Virus record (IMG/VR): IMGVR_UViG_3300045988_166944
Direction: 5' to 3' (one strand)
Source: a virus
Length of the DNA: 59,806 nt
In this document: piece after piece, positions 44,164 to 53,880 of the stretch
Numbering within the stretch: the first letter of the stretch is position 1
Layout: the number at the start of each line of letters is the position of its first letter
The notes under the pieces: generated by a model
Told to the model about the DNA's origin: nothing
Database searches by the model: none
What the model saw: only the letters and a program-made list of their open reading frames with translations
Translations under genes and position numbers: made by a program

Positions 44164-46311
44164 CTACGTTTCCTGTAATCTGTTAATCTCATCCCAACTC
44201 ATCTCGGAATAAACCTGCTGGGGTTCATGAATGACAACATTATCTCCTGTTTCATCCCTTGCATCAACTGGGGCGTAAACCAGCGGGTTTTTATCCCATT
44301 CATCAAACAGCGGTGGTGGATTTGACCAATCAATGCGGTCAATCATGAGTAATTTTGAGATTGATACGCCGATACAGTAATATAGCAAGTCCCACGCTTC
44401 GTTGCTTTTATGCGTAGTCTTTTCCCATTTTTTAGGGCTTCGTGTCTCGACGCACAACTCCTGATAAAACTCAATAGACAACCAGTCTGGGAATGTAATT
44501 AGACCATGCCCAACCTCGGTTGAATCCAGTCTGTTCGACAAGGTATCTTTCAAGAGGTTTGAGTTGAGCATTAGCACAGGCACATCACCTCGCGCAGCAC
44601 TCAAAGCATCCTTCTTAGTCGCGTCGGGATATGTTATGAATGCCCTCGGTGAATTTGGTGCAACAACACCCTTAACCAAGTGGAAGCGCGCGGCTTTGCG
44701 TTTGTTTTTCAAGCTGCGATAAAAGTCATACGCCATAGATGTAACGCTCTCACCTTTTTCACGAGCATAACCACCACTGTCACAAACAGTCATCGTAATA
44801 CCCATGCGTCTTCCGCTACCATCAGCCAGAGGGTACAGTCTATCCATTACTTCAGTTTCAATTAAAGACCAGTCCTCGAAGAACGTTGCTGGTCGAACGA
44901 GGTAATTATCGTCATCCACATCAGTACGCGCGGATTTACGAATATCAAACCTATCAATCACTGTAATATCAAAAGGCGTACCAGCGGAAATACCATGCAC
45001 TTGAACAACGAATCTGTTCCTTTGTACGTCGACACACGCAATCAAATTTCGAACGCCGATGGGAACAACGCGGTCACCAATGTCAATCGCGCGGTCTTTC
45101 AGGTGTTCAGGTAATCGTTGTGAAACTTGCGATTTAGGGATGTACGGTTCAGCCAAGTCGGTGTTGTAAAATTTTTGAAGAGCTTCTTCGGAACCTGTGG
45201 TTTTAAACTCTTCCTCGGCAGCCAGATACATTGTGACCAGTTGCCCCCAGTTGACGAACGCGGCAGCCACTCCACGCAGCCAAAAAGATGCGATTCTCGT
45301 TTTGCGCGGACTACCCACCAACTCACCCTGCCGATTGAAATACATCCCGTCCGGAACCCACATACCTGTCTGTTGCATTGCGTGTCGCTGAGACTGCTCA
45401 ATTCGCCCAAAGCATTTCGGGCATTGCAGATAGGTTGATGCAGCAATGTCAATCATGTTGGTCGCTTTCTCGTTCCATTTAAGCATTGAGAACGTGCCTT
45501 CGAAGCGTTCGTTGCAATGCGGACAAGCCCAATACCATCTACGTCTATCACCTCGGTTGTATAACGCAAAAATCCCCTTTGTCGGAGGGGCTTCATGCGA
45601 ACCAGCCACTTCAACCCAGTTAGGGTCTTCAACTGGTCTACTGGGGCTACTCTCAGCCAAGCACATGCGGTACGAACCAAATGTCGTTGTACGTTTTGCT
45701 GCCAAGTCATAAGGCGAGCCATCACCACCAATATCGTCATCCATTCGGTCATAGTCGGTAAGCATAACCCGCGGAATTGGACGACCTGCCAATTCCGATA
45801 CACTCGGATGCGCTAGCGACAGGAATACGCCGTTTTGGAAATGTTTGTCGCTGATATTGTCAGCATCGCGGTCTCTGTTGAGCAACTCACCGCATTCCTT
45901 CGTATCACGTAGCAACTTATCGACACGACGTTTGGAGAAGTCACGGCTCATCGCGGATGTCGGGTTGATAATCAGCATGTCCATCGGGTCACCATGTATT
46001 GAAAACCCAGTCCAGTTAACAATCAAAGCATCCGTCTTACCACACTGCGCAGGAGCAGCCATAATTACACCGTCATGGATTGGACTACATAGCATATCCA
46101 TAGGCTCAATCATGTATGGGGTTGTCGAGTTCTTCCAATAACCAACATACGAGCCGCGATTATTGACATAGCGGTATTTCTCAGCCCACTGGGACACAGT
46201 GAGGCGTTCGGGTGGTTGTAAAATTGATGACAATTCAACGAACATATCGGACAGACTTCCGTACTGCCCGATATGTTTAAAGCTCATCAAGTTCGTGTTC
46301 GTCGATGACAT
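44164..46311 (-). CDS. Terminase large subunit, GpA family
   Basis: Walker A-like AAPAQCGKTD. A zinc-finger pair CPHCNERF ... CPKCFGRI is typical of GpA terminases. The size is 715 aa. ATG at 46287 is an alternative start. Confidence 0.9.
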   Translation of the reverse strand: MSSTNTNLMSFKHIGQYGSLSDMFVELSSILQPPERLTVSQWAEKYRYVNNRGSYVGYWKNSTTPYMIEPMDMLCSPIHDGVIMAAPAQCGKTDALIVNWTGFSIHGDPMDMLIINPTSAMSRDFSKRRVDKLLRDTKECGELLNRDRDADNISDKHFQNGVFLSLAHPSVSELAGRPIPRVMLTDYDRMDDDIGGDGSPYDLAAKRTTTFGSYRMCLAESSPSRPVEDPNWVEVAGSHEAPPTKGIFALYNRGDRRRWYWACPHCNERFEGTFSMLKWNEKATNMIDIAASTYLQCPKCFGRIEQSQRHAMQQTGMWVPDGMYFNRQGELVGSPRKTRIASFWLRGVAAAFVNWGQLVTMYLAAEEEFKTTGSEEALQKFYNTDLAEPYIPKSQVSQRLPEHLKDRAIDIGDRVVPIGVRNLIACVDVQRNRFVVQVHGISAGTPFDITVIDRFDIRKSARTDVDDDNYLVRPATFFEDWSLIETEVMDRLYPLADGSGRRMGITMTVCDSGGYAREKGESVTSMAYDFYRSLKNKRKAARFHLVKGVVAPNSPRAFITYPDATKKDALSAARGDVPVLMLNSNLLKDTLSNRLDSTEVGHGLITFPDWLSIEFYQELCVETRSPKKWEKTTHKSNEAWDLLYYCIGVSISKLLMIDRIDWSNPPPLFDEWDKNPLVYAPVDARDETGDNVVIHEPQQVYSEMSWDEINRLQET

Positions 46312-46918
46312 CTATTTGCTCTCCTGTTAAATCTTCATAGCGGCTGACACGCTCTTTCTGCGCACGCTCGCCGAACTTATCAACCACCGCTTTAGCAACA
46401 CCCTCCATCACTTCGTCGAGCAACTCAACAATGAGTGTCCGCTGCTCAGGTGTGAGGGTGGTCAAACGGTCAATGGTGTCAGGTATCAACTTCACACCCA
46501 TCGCGAACGTCTTGTTCAGTTCAGACGCAGCGTCAATCACGTCTGCTGTATGCCAGTATTCACCAGCCTCGACGAGATAACTAAGACGTGCCTTCTTCGC
46601 CGCCCAGAAGTCTTTCTTGAGAGCAATGGGGAAATGCCCCTTATGGAACACTTCCTCCCACTCCTCGTCCGTCCAGACGGGCGGAACGCATACGCTTGCA
46701 ATATCTCGAATGGCATAAATATCAGCACCGTTACGCGTACCAGACGGTTGAATCTTCGCCTTTCGCACAAGGTTGCCGAGTTCTGTGTTATGGACGTGAA
46801 AAATCAGGGCGGCTTGCTTAATAGTCACGCCCTTGCTCAAAATGTCGTCGATTGTCAGTGTGGCATTCGTGCCATTACCGAGCAACAATGCCGTCGACGC
46901 CTTCTTCATGTTAGCCAT
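46277..46918 (-). CDS. Terminase small subunit candidate (Nu1-like HTH)
   Basis: An N-terminal HTH-like segment, TIKQAALIFHVHNTELGNLVRKAKI, and a position immediately upstream of TerL. Confidence 0.5.
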   Translation of the reverse strand: MANMKKASTALLLGNGTNATLTIDDILSKGVTIKQAALIFHVHNTELGNLVRKAKIQPSGTRNGADIYAIRDIASVCVPPVWTDEEWEEVFHKGHFPIALKKDFWAAKKARLSYLVEAGEYWHTADVIDAASELNKTFAMGVKLIPDTIDRLTTLTPEQRTLIVELLDEVMEGVAKAVVDKFGERAQKERVSRYEDLTGEQIDVIDEHELDEL

Positions 46919-48590
46919 GCTTTAAAGCCTTTTTGCATTTCTGTATCAGTTCAAAAAATACGTTCTGAGTATTCCGTTTACCTTCCCAGCAAGCCTTTTT
47001 GACAACCACGTCGTATGTATTGGCTGCCAGCAGATTGTAGACAAGCACTTTGTCATTCTCCTGCCCGCGTCGCGCGAGCCTCCGCAGGAACTGGTAATAC
47101 TGTCCATAGCTGAAATATACGTCGAAATTGATTACGATATGACCGCCTTTTTGCAAATTGAGACCATGTGCGCCCGATTTAGGGTGCATCAGCAACATCT
47201 TAATCTCGCCACGGTTCCATGATGCTTTCTGCGTACCCTGCCTATCCATCTTGACCGCTTCTGGGAAATGTTTTTGCAACAAATTTAAGCTGCCTTGATG
47301 GTAGTAGGAGATGAGGAAATTATCCTCTGGATGACGAGCCATTAATTCCCGCAGAGCTTCGATTTTAGAGATATGCAAATAGTGAATTTGCCTGTCTTTT
47401 ATAATACTGCCGAAATCGCTGATTGACTCAGTTCCTTCATAAACAAAACCAGCACAAATCTGCATCATTTTCTGCAAAACAGCACCCGCTTGTTCGGCGA
47501 TGATTTCACGACCATCAACTTCAATCATACCTGTCTTGCTCATAGCATTATACAATTCCCTTTGTTTCTCAGGCAAATCATATAGCACGTCTTCCACAAC
47601 ATAAGGCGGTATGTCTTTTAGGTAATCTTCCTGCTTCATCACGAGCGTAATATCGGAAATCGCATCAGCTATCGCATCAGCAGCACCGTCTTTCAAGGTG
47701 ATTTTGTAGTTGTACGGATTCACGTTGAAATATCGCTCTTTGTACTCGGTCATCGTGCGACCTAAACGCTCACCCCCATCGAGCAATTTTATCTGGGCGA
47801 ACAAACCAAGATGGTTTTCGGCTGCTGGTGTTGCGGTGAGTTCGTAAAAGTGGGTGGTTTTATGCCTGATTGAATTGAGTGCTTTCCAACGCTTCGTTGT
47901 TGCATCCTTGATGCCGTCACTCTCGTCATAAATGACGCAATCATAAATCCAATCATTAGCACCCCACGCATTCACGAGCCATTCAAGCATCTCGTGGTTT
48001 ATGATGTGTATCACCGTAGGGTTTTCACGCTCGTATTTTCGAACCTGAATACCAGCAGCCTCAACACGAGCCGTTTCGGTCAACCATTTGCGATATTCTT
48101 TCTCGACGGCGAGTTGTGTTTTGGCAATCAGAGTATTTTTATCCAATTCAGATATGTCAGGGTTATTTCTCAAAAACTTATTAACCCTAGTGTTTACCTT
48201 TCGGCTTATTTTCTTCAGGTCGGATTCATTAAACGGACGTGTTTTCTCATTACGCGCGTATGCGTTTACCGCCTCAATGATATGTTCAGCTCGCACCAGT
48301 TTGTAGCTGAGTGGCGCGGAGAACGACCACTTTGCTATCTCATCCCCCCATGTCTGATTGGCTACCTTCAGAGGGGCGATAATCAGCACTTTGTTGATTT
48401 TGTCGTCGTCAATAAGGTCTCGTATCAATTTGAGGCATATCGCCGTTTTGCCAAGACCCGTGTCGATGAACAATGCGCTTCTTGGGTGAGTCTTCAAGAA
48501 CTCGATGGCGGTGAGTTGATATTCATCCAAGTGATGTTCACCCAACTCAACGTTGCTAAAACGTGATTTCAATTTATCTAAATATGACAT
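46911..48590 (-). CDS. SNF2-family helicase
   Basis: Motif I DTGLGKT, motif II VIYDESD, and a C-terminal helicase block HPKSGAHGLNLQ ... RLARRGQ. ATG at 48590 with a GAGGAAG RBS. Confidence 0.85.
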   Translation of the reverse strand: MSYLDKLKSRFSNVELGEHHLDEYQLTAIEFLKTHPRSALFIDTGLGKTAICLKLIRDLIDDDKINKVLIIAPLKVANQTWGDEIAKWSFSAPLSYKLVRAEHIIEAVNAYARNEKTRPFNESDLKKISRKVNTRVNKFLRNNPDISELDKNTLIAKTQLAVEKEYRKWLTETARVEAAGIQVRKYERENPTVIHIINHEMLEWLVNAWGANDWIYDCVIYDESDGIKDATTKRWKALNSIRHKTTHFYELTATPAAENHLGLFAQIKLLDGGERLGRTMTEYKERYFNVNPYNYKITLKDGAADAIADAISDITLVMKQEDYLKDIPPYVVEDVLYDLPEKQRELYNAMSKTGMIEVDGREIIAEQAGAVLQKMMQICAGFVYEGTESISDFGSIIKDRQIHYLHISKIEALRELMARHPEDNFLISYYHQGSLNLLQKHFPEAVKMDRQGTQKASWNRGEIKMLLMHPKSGAHGLNLQKGGHIVINFDVYFSYGQYYQFLRRLARRGQENDKVLVYNLLAANTYDVVVKKACWEGKRNTQNVFFELIQKCKKALKHG

Positions 48591-48852
48591 CAGCTTCCTC
48601 CAGAGTGGAAATGACGTAGACACTTGCACCGTGTTTGCGCATAGTGTCAATTACTCGTTCCTGTTCAGGACGCAATTTACCAGCGTCATTCTTGAACTCA
48701 ACGTAAATGGTGTTCCCATTTTTGATAAACAGTCGGTCGGGGAAACCGTTTATGCTCGCCCGTTCAATTTTGACCTGAAACCAGCCACGCTTTTCGGCAA
48801 GCAGGCGGCTGGTTTTCTCAATGCGACTTTCGCGTTGGCTCAGGGTCTTCAT
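48574..48852 (-). CDS. VRR-NUC domain nuclease
   Basis: GFPDRLFI...YVEFK...LRPEQ matches the VRR-NUC catalytic pattern. Confidence 0.7.
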   Translation of the reverse strand: MKTLSQRESRIEKTSRLLAEKRGWFQVKIERASINGFPDRLFIKNGNTIYVEFKNDAGKLRPEQERVIDTMRKHGASVYVISTLEEADVIFR

Positions 48853-50915
48853 TTACGTTTGCATTTACCGCAGACCCGACTATCTGCTGGTAACTTATCG
48901 GCATAAACCCATTCATCATGTCGGTCTTTAAGACGTGCTTCACACAGCGCATCTTTAGTTGACAGGTCAATCCGATGCCACGTCTGCTGACCGTCGCGAC
49001 GACCCCATTTAAGACCGCCTCCTTCAACGAGACCAAAAGCACGGGATTCCTTCGGGACGCCTCGCACACCCAACCGTTCAAGCATCGAGTAAGCTTCGCG
49101 CACATACCAGTCATAATCAATATCCGACGGAAATTCATCTGGTAAGTCCATGGCAGGCATCGCGCCTTTGGTAAGCGGAACGTTGTTGCCCTTCGCATTC
49201 ACGATGGCTGTTTGCGTCCGAGTTGAATAATACCAGCGCACGACCTTGCCAAGATATTGACCGTCTTTGTATGCGCCGCCTTTTACCTGCTGGAAGTTCG
49301 TGAATTTGAGGAAGTCCGTGCAACCCTCAATACTCTCTCGGATAGGCACATTGCGTTCGAGGTAAGCCATAACAGCCTCAATACAAACCTGACCGTTACC
49401 TGATTGACTCAAACCGCGTTCGGCGTAGTCGCCTTTGCGCTTCCACTTGAGTTTTGTCTCGCCTTTTGCTGGGGCTTTGAGCGCAAGGTAGCTGTTTACC
49501 GATTGACTGTAAATCGCCAGATATTGAGTGAATTCCATGTTGAATCCCGTTTCGATTTCCCACAAGTGGATTTCACGCTCGGCTTTCCAGAAGTCATTCT
49601 TCTTGCCGTAAATCACAATACCATCGGTGTTAGCCGAAACAATACGCAAACCCGCCTTCTCGATACGCTCAATGAGCATCAGCAAGCAAAGCTGACCCGT
49701 GATGGTCACTTGAATCATCATTTTCGGGCTATACAGGAAGCTGTAAATCGACGACAGCTTACCAAACGAACCATTCAGGACAATCTTGTATGTGTTACAG
49801 ATAGTCTGCTTCTCTGGTAGCTTCTTCCACTTAGCACGGTCATCGCGGAAGCGAGTGTAGTTGCGCAGGAAGGGGAGACCGCAGTTTTCGGGGTAATAAC
49901 CACCGTTGATAATGATAGATGGATAATATGACGTTACGTCGGCATCGCAAATGATTTCGTCTTCGGCAGCAATAATAGCCTGCCCACTCTCATTGGAATG
50001 CAGACCGCCGATACCCATTGTGTAGAGACCCTTACCAATCTGAATCTTCATGGCGGTAAGCTCTTGCGGCATTTTCACATGACCAGATGGCTCGATTTCA
50101 AATACAGTACGCTTCAGCAAATCATGCAAATCCTGAAGCGTTGGGTGTTCGAAATAAATGAAGTCAGGAATATCGTATTTGAACCGACGCTTAATTGAAC
50201 TCGGGTCAGGTTTGTAGATTTTACGACCACGGTCTTTTTCGATGACGTGTTTAAAGATGGCTTCACCAACCTGAGCATCCGACTTGGAACGAACGTCAAT
50301 TTTGTACTGCTTCGAAATTTCGATACGCAAGTCTACCTGAGCTTTTACCGTCTCATACAGGCGCAAAGTGTTCACCGTATCGTTATCGCAGTATTTTGCG
50401 ATGTCGTCCATCTCGATAAGAGATAGGGTCTTGTCTGCATCAATCGGAAGGTCTTGTAGTTTCTGGCAACCAATTCGGGCAGCATACGCCTTCAGACTAA
50501 GTGTGCCTGCTGGGATTTCAAAAATGTCAATGTGCTGCATATATGGTGGGTATTCAAGTTCATACAGGCGCATGAATTCCCACGAGCGCAACGATTCACG
50601 TTTTTGCTTTTTACCGTTCTCGTCGATATAGTCTGCGCCAATCAGCAAATCGGATGCTTCCTTAAGCTCGGCGTTGTTGACACCCTCTAAGGCGTACATA
50701 AGCAGCGGCATATCATAGTGGTTACCGTTGAATGTGATTACTGTGGATGAACGTAACCATTGTTTGATACCAGCAGTATCGAGTTTTGAGGAATCATTCC
50801 TCATTTCAAAATGTTTCGTGTTTTCTGGATTTAGAGTGTCGCGGAATGCGACCAAGAAGTAATTTGGATAACATTCAATATCCATGATTACAACGTTTGA
50901 GCGATAGCCAAACAT
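48849..50915 (-). CDS. Family B DNA polymerase with a 3'-5' exonuclease domain
   Basis: Exo I MDIE, Exo II FNGNHYDMPLL, motif A DVTSYYPSII, motif B KIVLNGSFGK and motif C SANTDGIV. Confidence 0.8.
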   Translation of the reverse strand: MFGYRSNVVIMDIECYPNYFLVAFRDTLNPENTKHFEMRNDSSKLDTAGIKQWLRSSTVITFNGNHYDMPLLMYALEGVNNAELKEASDLLIGADYIDENGKKQKRESLRSWEFMRLYELEYPPYMQHIDIFEIPAGTLSLKAYAARIGCQKLQDLPIDADKTLSLIEMDDIAKYCDNDTVNTLRLYETVKAQVDLRIEISKQYKIDVRSKSDAQVGEAIFKHVIEKDRGRKIYKPDPSSIKRRFKYDIPDFIYFEHPTLQDLHDLLKRTVFEIEPSGHVKMPQELTAMKIQIGKGLYTMGIGGLHSNESGQAIIAAEDEIICDADVTSYYPSIIINGGYYPENCGLPFLRNYTRFRDDRAKWKKLPEKQTICNTYKIVLNGSFGKLSSIYSFLYSPKMMIQVTITGQLCLLMLIERIEKAGLRIVSANTDGIVIYGKKNDFWKAEREIHLWEIETGFNMEFTQYLAIYSQSVNSYLALKAPAKGETKLKWKRKGDYAERGLSQSGNGQVCIEAVMAYLERNVPIRESIEGCTDFLKFTNFQQVKGGAYKDGQYLGKVVRWYYSTRTQTAIVNAKGNNVPLTKGAMPAMDLPDEFPSDIDYDWYVREAYSMLERLGVRGVPKESRAFGLVEGGGLKWGRRDGQQTWHRIDLSTKDALCEARLKDRHDEWVYADKLPADSRVCGKCKRK

Positions 50916-50982
50916 GATAATTTTCCTTTGTGTTTGGTTAGACGACAGCAGCCATTATGGACGTGTGCCAGTACCAATAGGT

Positions 50983-51014
50983 AACAAAATACCCAGCAGA
51001 GCTTTTCTGCTGGG
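50983..51014 (-). terminator. Rho-independent terminator after the SSB-like gene
   Basis: On the minus strand, stem cccagcag / ctgctggg followed by TATTTTGTT. Confidence 0.7.
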
Positions 51015-51028
51015 TGGTTGCAACGGGT

Positions 51029-51646
51029 TTAGAATTCGTCGTCTTCAGAGTCCCAATCGGCGTTATCACCTTCGTTACCGCCGCTTGCGCCTAATTTCAA
51101 ATCAGTTTGTTTGTTATGAACCTGAACTGCCAAGAGATTCAGAGTCATGCCCGCACCAAATTTTGCATTTTTCCAGCCGTAGAAGTCAAACAGAATTGTC
51201 ATATGACGACCATTGCGGTTCAATTCTTCAATTTCTTCCATGTCTTCAGGGACGCGGCGGTTCAGCTTAGTGCCTGCGCTGTTGCGTACAGCAGGAGGGA
51301 AGCTTTCATTGGCGGAGAATCGGATACGATAGTGGTCGGGAATATCGCTGTCTTCGGGGAGATTTTTAACACGGCTACCGTCGAGCAAGCAACGGTTTTT
51401 GACTGCAACATCTTCCCAGTCTTCGCCTTTCGCCATGTGTTCACGAATCAAATCTTCCAAGATTTTGATTTCTTTGGCATGCTCTTTTTTGTCCAAGAAA
51501 GCGGTCAGACTGAATTTTTTCTTATCACCTTCTTCAAAAGCACGGGGATTGTCAATTCGGGCGTACCATGTAGGCACGTTTTTCAGCATCACAGTACCGT
51601 CATTGTACTCAACCAAACAACCAACTTTACGTTTATAATTTGACAT
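51029..51646 (-). CDS. ssDNA-binding protein candidate (DUF2815-like)
   Basis: An acidic C-terminal tail, DNADWDSEDDEF, and a position between the DUF2800-like nuclease and the polymerase. ATG at 51646 with an AGGAAA RBS. Confidence 0.55.
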   Translation of the reverse strand: MSNYKRKVGCLVEYNDGTVMLKNVPTWYARIDNPRAFEEGDKKKFSLTAFLDKKEHAKEIKILEDLIREHMAKGEDWEDVAVKNRCLLDGSRVKNLPEDSDIPDHYRIRFSANESFPPAVRNSAGTKLNRRVPEDMEEIEELNRNGRHMTILFDFYGWKNAKFGAGMTLNLLAVQVHNKQTDLKLGASGGNEGDNADWDSEDDEF

Positions 51647-51715
51647 TTTATTTCCTAACATTAAAAAAATTAAATGGACTTTCTTTTGTTTGCCGTCCAC
51701 ACGATAGCAAATAAA

Positions 51716-51792
51716 TGGTCAGAGAGGTAGGACTCGAACCTACGACCTCTTGCTTCCAAGGCAAGCCATCTACCAACTGATATTACTCTCTG
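51716..51792 (-). tRNA. tRNA-Pro (anticodon UGG) with encoded CCA
   Basis: Cloverleaf: acceptor CAGAGAG/CTCTCTG, D stem TATC/GATG, anticodon stem CTTGC/GCAAG, loop CTTGGAA, T arm GTAGG-TTCGAGT-CCTAC. C1-G72 and A73 fit Pro identity. Confidence 0.8.
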
Positions 51793-51910
51793 GTTATGGG
51801 TGGGTGGTCGCTTCGGCAAGCGACGCTGGCAGTGAAAGTGTATGAAAGCTACCAGTTGACACCCGTAAACTGAAGGGCGTGTTATTTAAAAGAGTGTCGC
51901 CCACTTCTCT

Positions 51911-53134
51911 TTATTCGTCGAATTTCGAATCCATGTCGATAATGCTTAACGCAGGTCTCTTATCCTCGATTGGCGCGATGGTGGGTCTTCCACTTGATTC
52001 ATCTACCAATTCTCGGAGGGCTTCGAAGTCGATTTTGTGACGTTTGCAGAGTTTCTCGGCTTGTGCCACGCTAACAAGTTGTCTTGGCTGGAATTCATCC
52101 AAATCAAATACTGTATCTTGCTGAATAAAATTAAGAGTATGGGTTTCGTCAACCCATTTCCGTTGTTTCCTGCCGCTGACTAACTTGTATGCGCTCATTT
52201 TACCGCCTTTCAGAGCGAAGTCAAGCAGTTTTTTCTCGATTTCAGTGAAGAAAGACGTAACTATTTTGATTTTGCTGTAAATCTTTTCCACGTCTTTCAT
52301 GCTCAATTCGTCAACTTCTGGCAGTTTTGCCAAATAAGTGTCGTTGGCAATACGCTCCGAAACAGGCTCTTCAGCGTCAAATTTATCACCGATAAGCTCT
52401 TCAATGTAACGCGCTTGCGCTGGGCATTGCGCTTTCACACGACACCAACGGCAACCCTTCTCGGTAACCACACGCTCGGCGTTCGGCTCAAGTGCTGCTT
52501 GAGCGCGTTCCTTGACGTACTCGCCAAAAGCCAGCAATTCGTCAACACTAATCTCCCACGTTGAGAAATGATTCAGTCGTGGCTGGCAGATTCGCATCTC
52601 GACTGTCTTGAAGTCGTACAGGAAGCCGAAATCGTGCAGCACACCAAGCGCGTATATCTGCAACTGCGTGTTATTTCCAGCGTCAACCGTGACACCCATG
52701 CCGTACTTCAGGTCGGTAATTGTCAGCTTATCCTCACGACAGCAAACATGGTCGGACGTGCCTTTTTGGTTCGGGATGGGTGTTAAGTGGCTAAAATCAA
52801 CCTTCACTTCAACGAACTTATCACCTTCTTGGTCGTTACACCAGTTCACATATTCAGCCACATAATCGAGCATCTCCTCAGTTACCTCGATGGGAAACCC
52901 GTTGACTGTTCGAACATCACCAATATGTTGGATAGGTCGCCTGCCCGTATTTAACCAAATCTCAGCCATTTCATGCGCCACAGTTCCTTCGGCGGCAACC
53001 TCAGACGAACCATCACCTTCTGTTGTGCGAATCGCCAGATTCGCTAATAGGCTACCTGAGCAATTTAGCCACATCTCACTCGAACTCGGTGAGAACACGG
53101 AATGCCCGTCAAGCTTAATTTCAGTAATTTTCAT
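51911..53134 (-). CDS. PD-(D/E)XK / Cas4-like nuclease (DUF2800-like)
   Basis: The N-terminus has FSPSSSEMWLNCSGS. A DxK-type core, ITDLKYG, is present. A C-terminal Cys cluster reads GCRWCRVKAQCPA. Confidence 0.65.
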   Translation of the reverse strand: MKITEIKLDGHSVFSPSSSEMWLNCSGSLLANLAIRTTEGDGSSEVAAEGTVAHEMAEIWLNTGRRPIQHIGDVRTVNGFPIEVTEEMLDYVAEYVNWCNDQEGDKFVEVKVDFSHLTPIPNQKGTSDHVCCREDKLTITDLKYGMGVTVDAGNNTQLQIYALGVLHDFGFLYDFKTVEMRICQPRLNHFSTWEISVDELLAFGEYVKERAQAALEPNAERVVTEKGCRWCRVKAQCPAQARYIEELIGDKFDAEEPVSERIANDTYLAKLPEVDELSMKDVEKIYSKIKIVTSFFTEIEKKLLDFALKGGKMSAYKLVSGRKQRKWVDETHTLNFIQQDTVFDLDEFQPRQLVSVAQAEKLCKRHKIDFEALRELVDESSGRPTIAPIEDKRPALSIIDMDSKFDE

Positions 53135-53143
53135 AAAAAAAAC

Positions 53144-53173
53144 CTCAAAAAAAAGAGCGGATTAACCGCTCTT
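53144..53173 (-). terminator. Rho-independent terminator
   Basis: On the minus strand, stem aagagcgg / ccgctctt followed by T8. Confidence 0.75.
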
Positions 53174-53181
53174 TGTTCGGA

Positions 53182-53790
53182 TTACAAATCGGATTCGGCG
53201 GCTTCTTTGGCAGTCACCAATGCTTCGTGCAACTTGTCATAATTTTCGACAGGAACATCCGCTGTTTTGGCAGCACCACCTACGTCTGCGATGATTTCCT
53301 TAGCTTTTTCGAGATATTCACGACCCAATGCGCCGAGTTCCTTGGCAGCAGTCTTCACATCTTCGAGGGAGTGTTTCGGAGTAACGGGTTCTTCCGCTTT
53401 TTCTTCAACTACCTCTTCTTCCATTTTTGCTGTGCAGGCATCAATTACGTCTTGATACTTGTCTTCAGGTGTACGTTTTACAGTGGCTACACCAGCAACT
53501 TCTTTCAGAATGGCTTTAGCTGCATCAGCACCGTGTTTAGCCTTCACATCGAGCAATGCCGATTGAACCATATCCATGGTGATTTCGGCATCATTGCTTT
53601 CCGCTTCTTCGCTGGGAACATCCACTGATTCTTCGCGTTCTTCGGCAGATTCTTTCACAGCTTCCTGTGAAGCTTTTTCTTGTTTCGGCGACAGACCTTG
53701 TTGCGACAGCAGGGCGTTTGTGTTGCGGTCGAGAGCTTCGGTTAGAGCAACCATAATCGCGGCGAGTTGGGTAAATGTGATTTCTTTCAT
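53182..53790 (-). CDS. Acidic protein with an internal duplication (202 aa)
   Basis: Glu/Ala-rich with two related segments of about 50 aa, HGADAAKAILKEVAGV... and GALGREYLEKAKEIIADVGG.... Function unknown. Confidence 0.55.
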   Translation of the reverse strand: MKEITFTQLAAIMVALTEALDRNTNALLSQQGLSPKQEKASQEAVKESAEEREESVDVPSEEAESNDAEITMDMVQSALLDVKAKHGADAAKAILKEVAGVATVKRTPEDKYQDVIDACTAKMEEEVVEEKAEEPVTPKHSLEDVKTAAKELGALGREYLEKAKEIIADVGGAAKTADVPVENYDKLHEALVTAKEAAESDL

Positions 53791-53843
53791 TTTAAGTTTC
53801 CTTTAGTTGGTGGTTAACAAACATATTTGGTTTAGGAGATTGC

Positions 53844-53872
53844 ATATTACCGTGTTTCACGACAATGCACAA
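53844..53872 (-). promoter_or_regulatory. Candidate promoter
   Basis: The minus strand reads TTGTGC (53872-53867), a 17-nt spacer, then TAATAT (53849-53844). Confidence 0.35.
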
Positions 53873-53880
53873 CATTTTTT

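Noticed and set aside
51716-51792. A phage tRNA acting as a UGA suppressor, to explain the two in-frame TGA codons
   Set aside because: The anticodon loop reads CTTGGAA, so the anticodon is UGG (Pro). The acceptor identity elements also fit Pro, and TGA is used as a normal stop in other genes.
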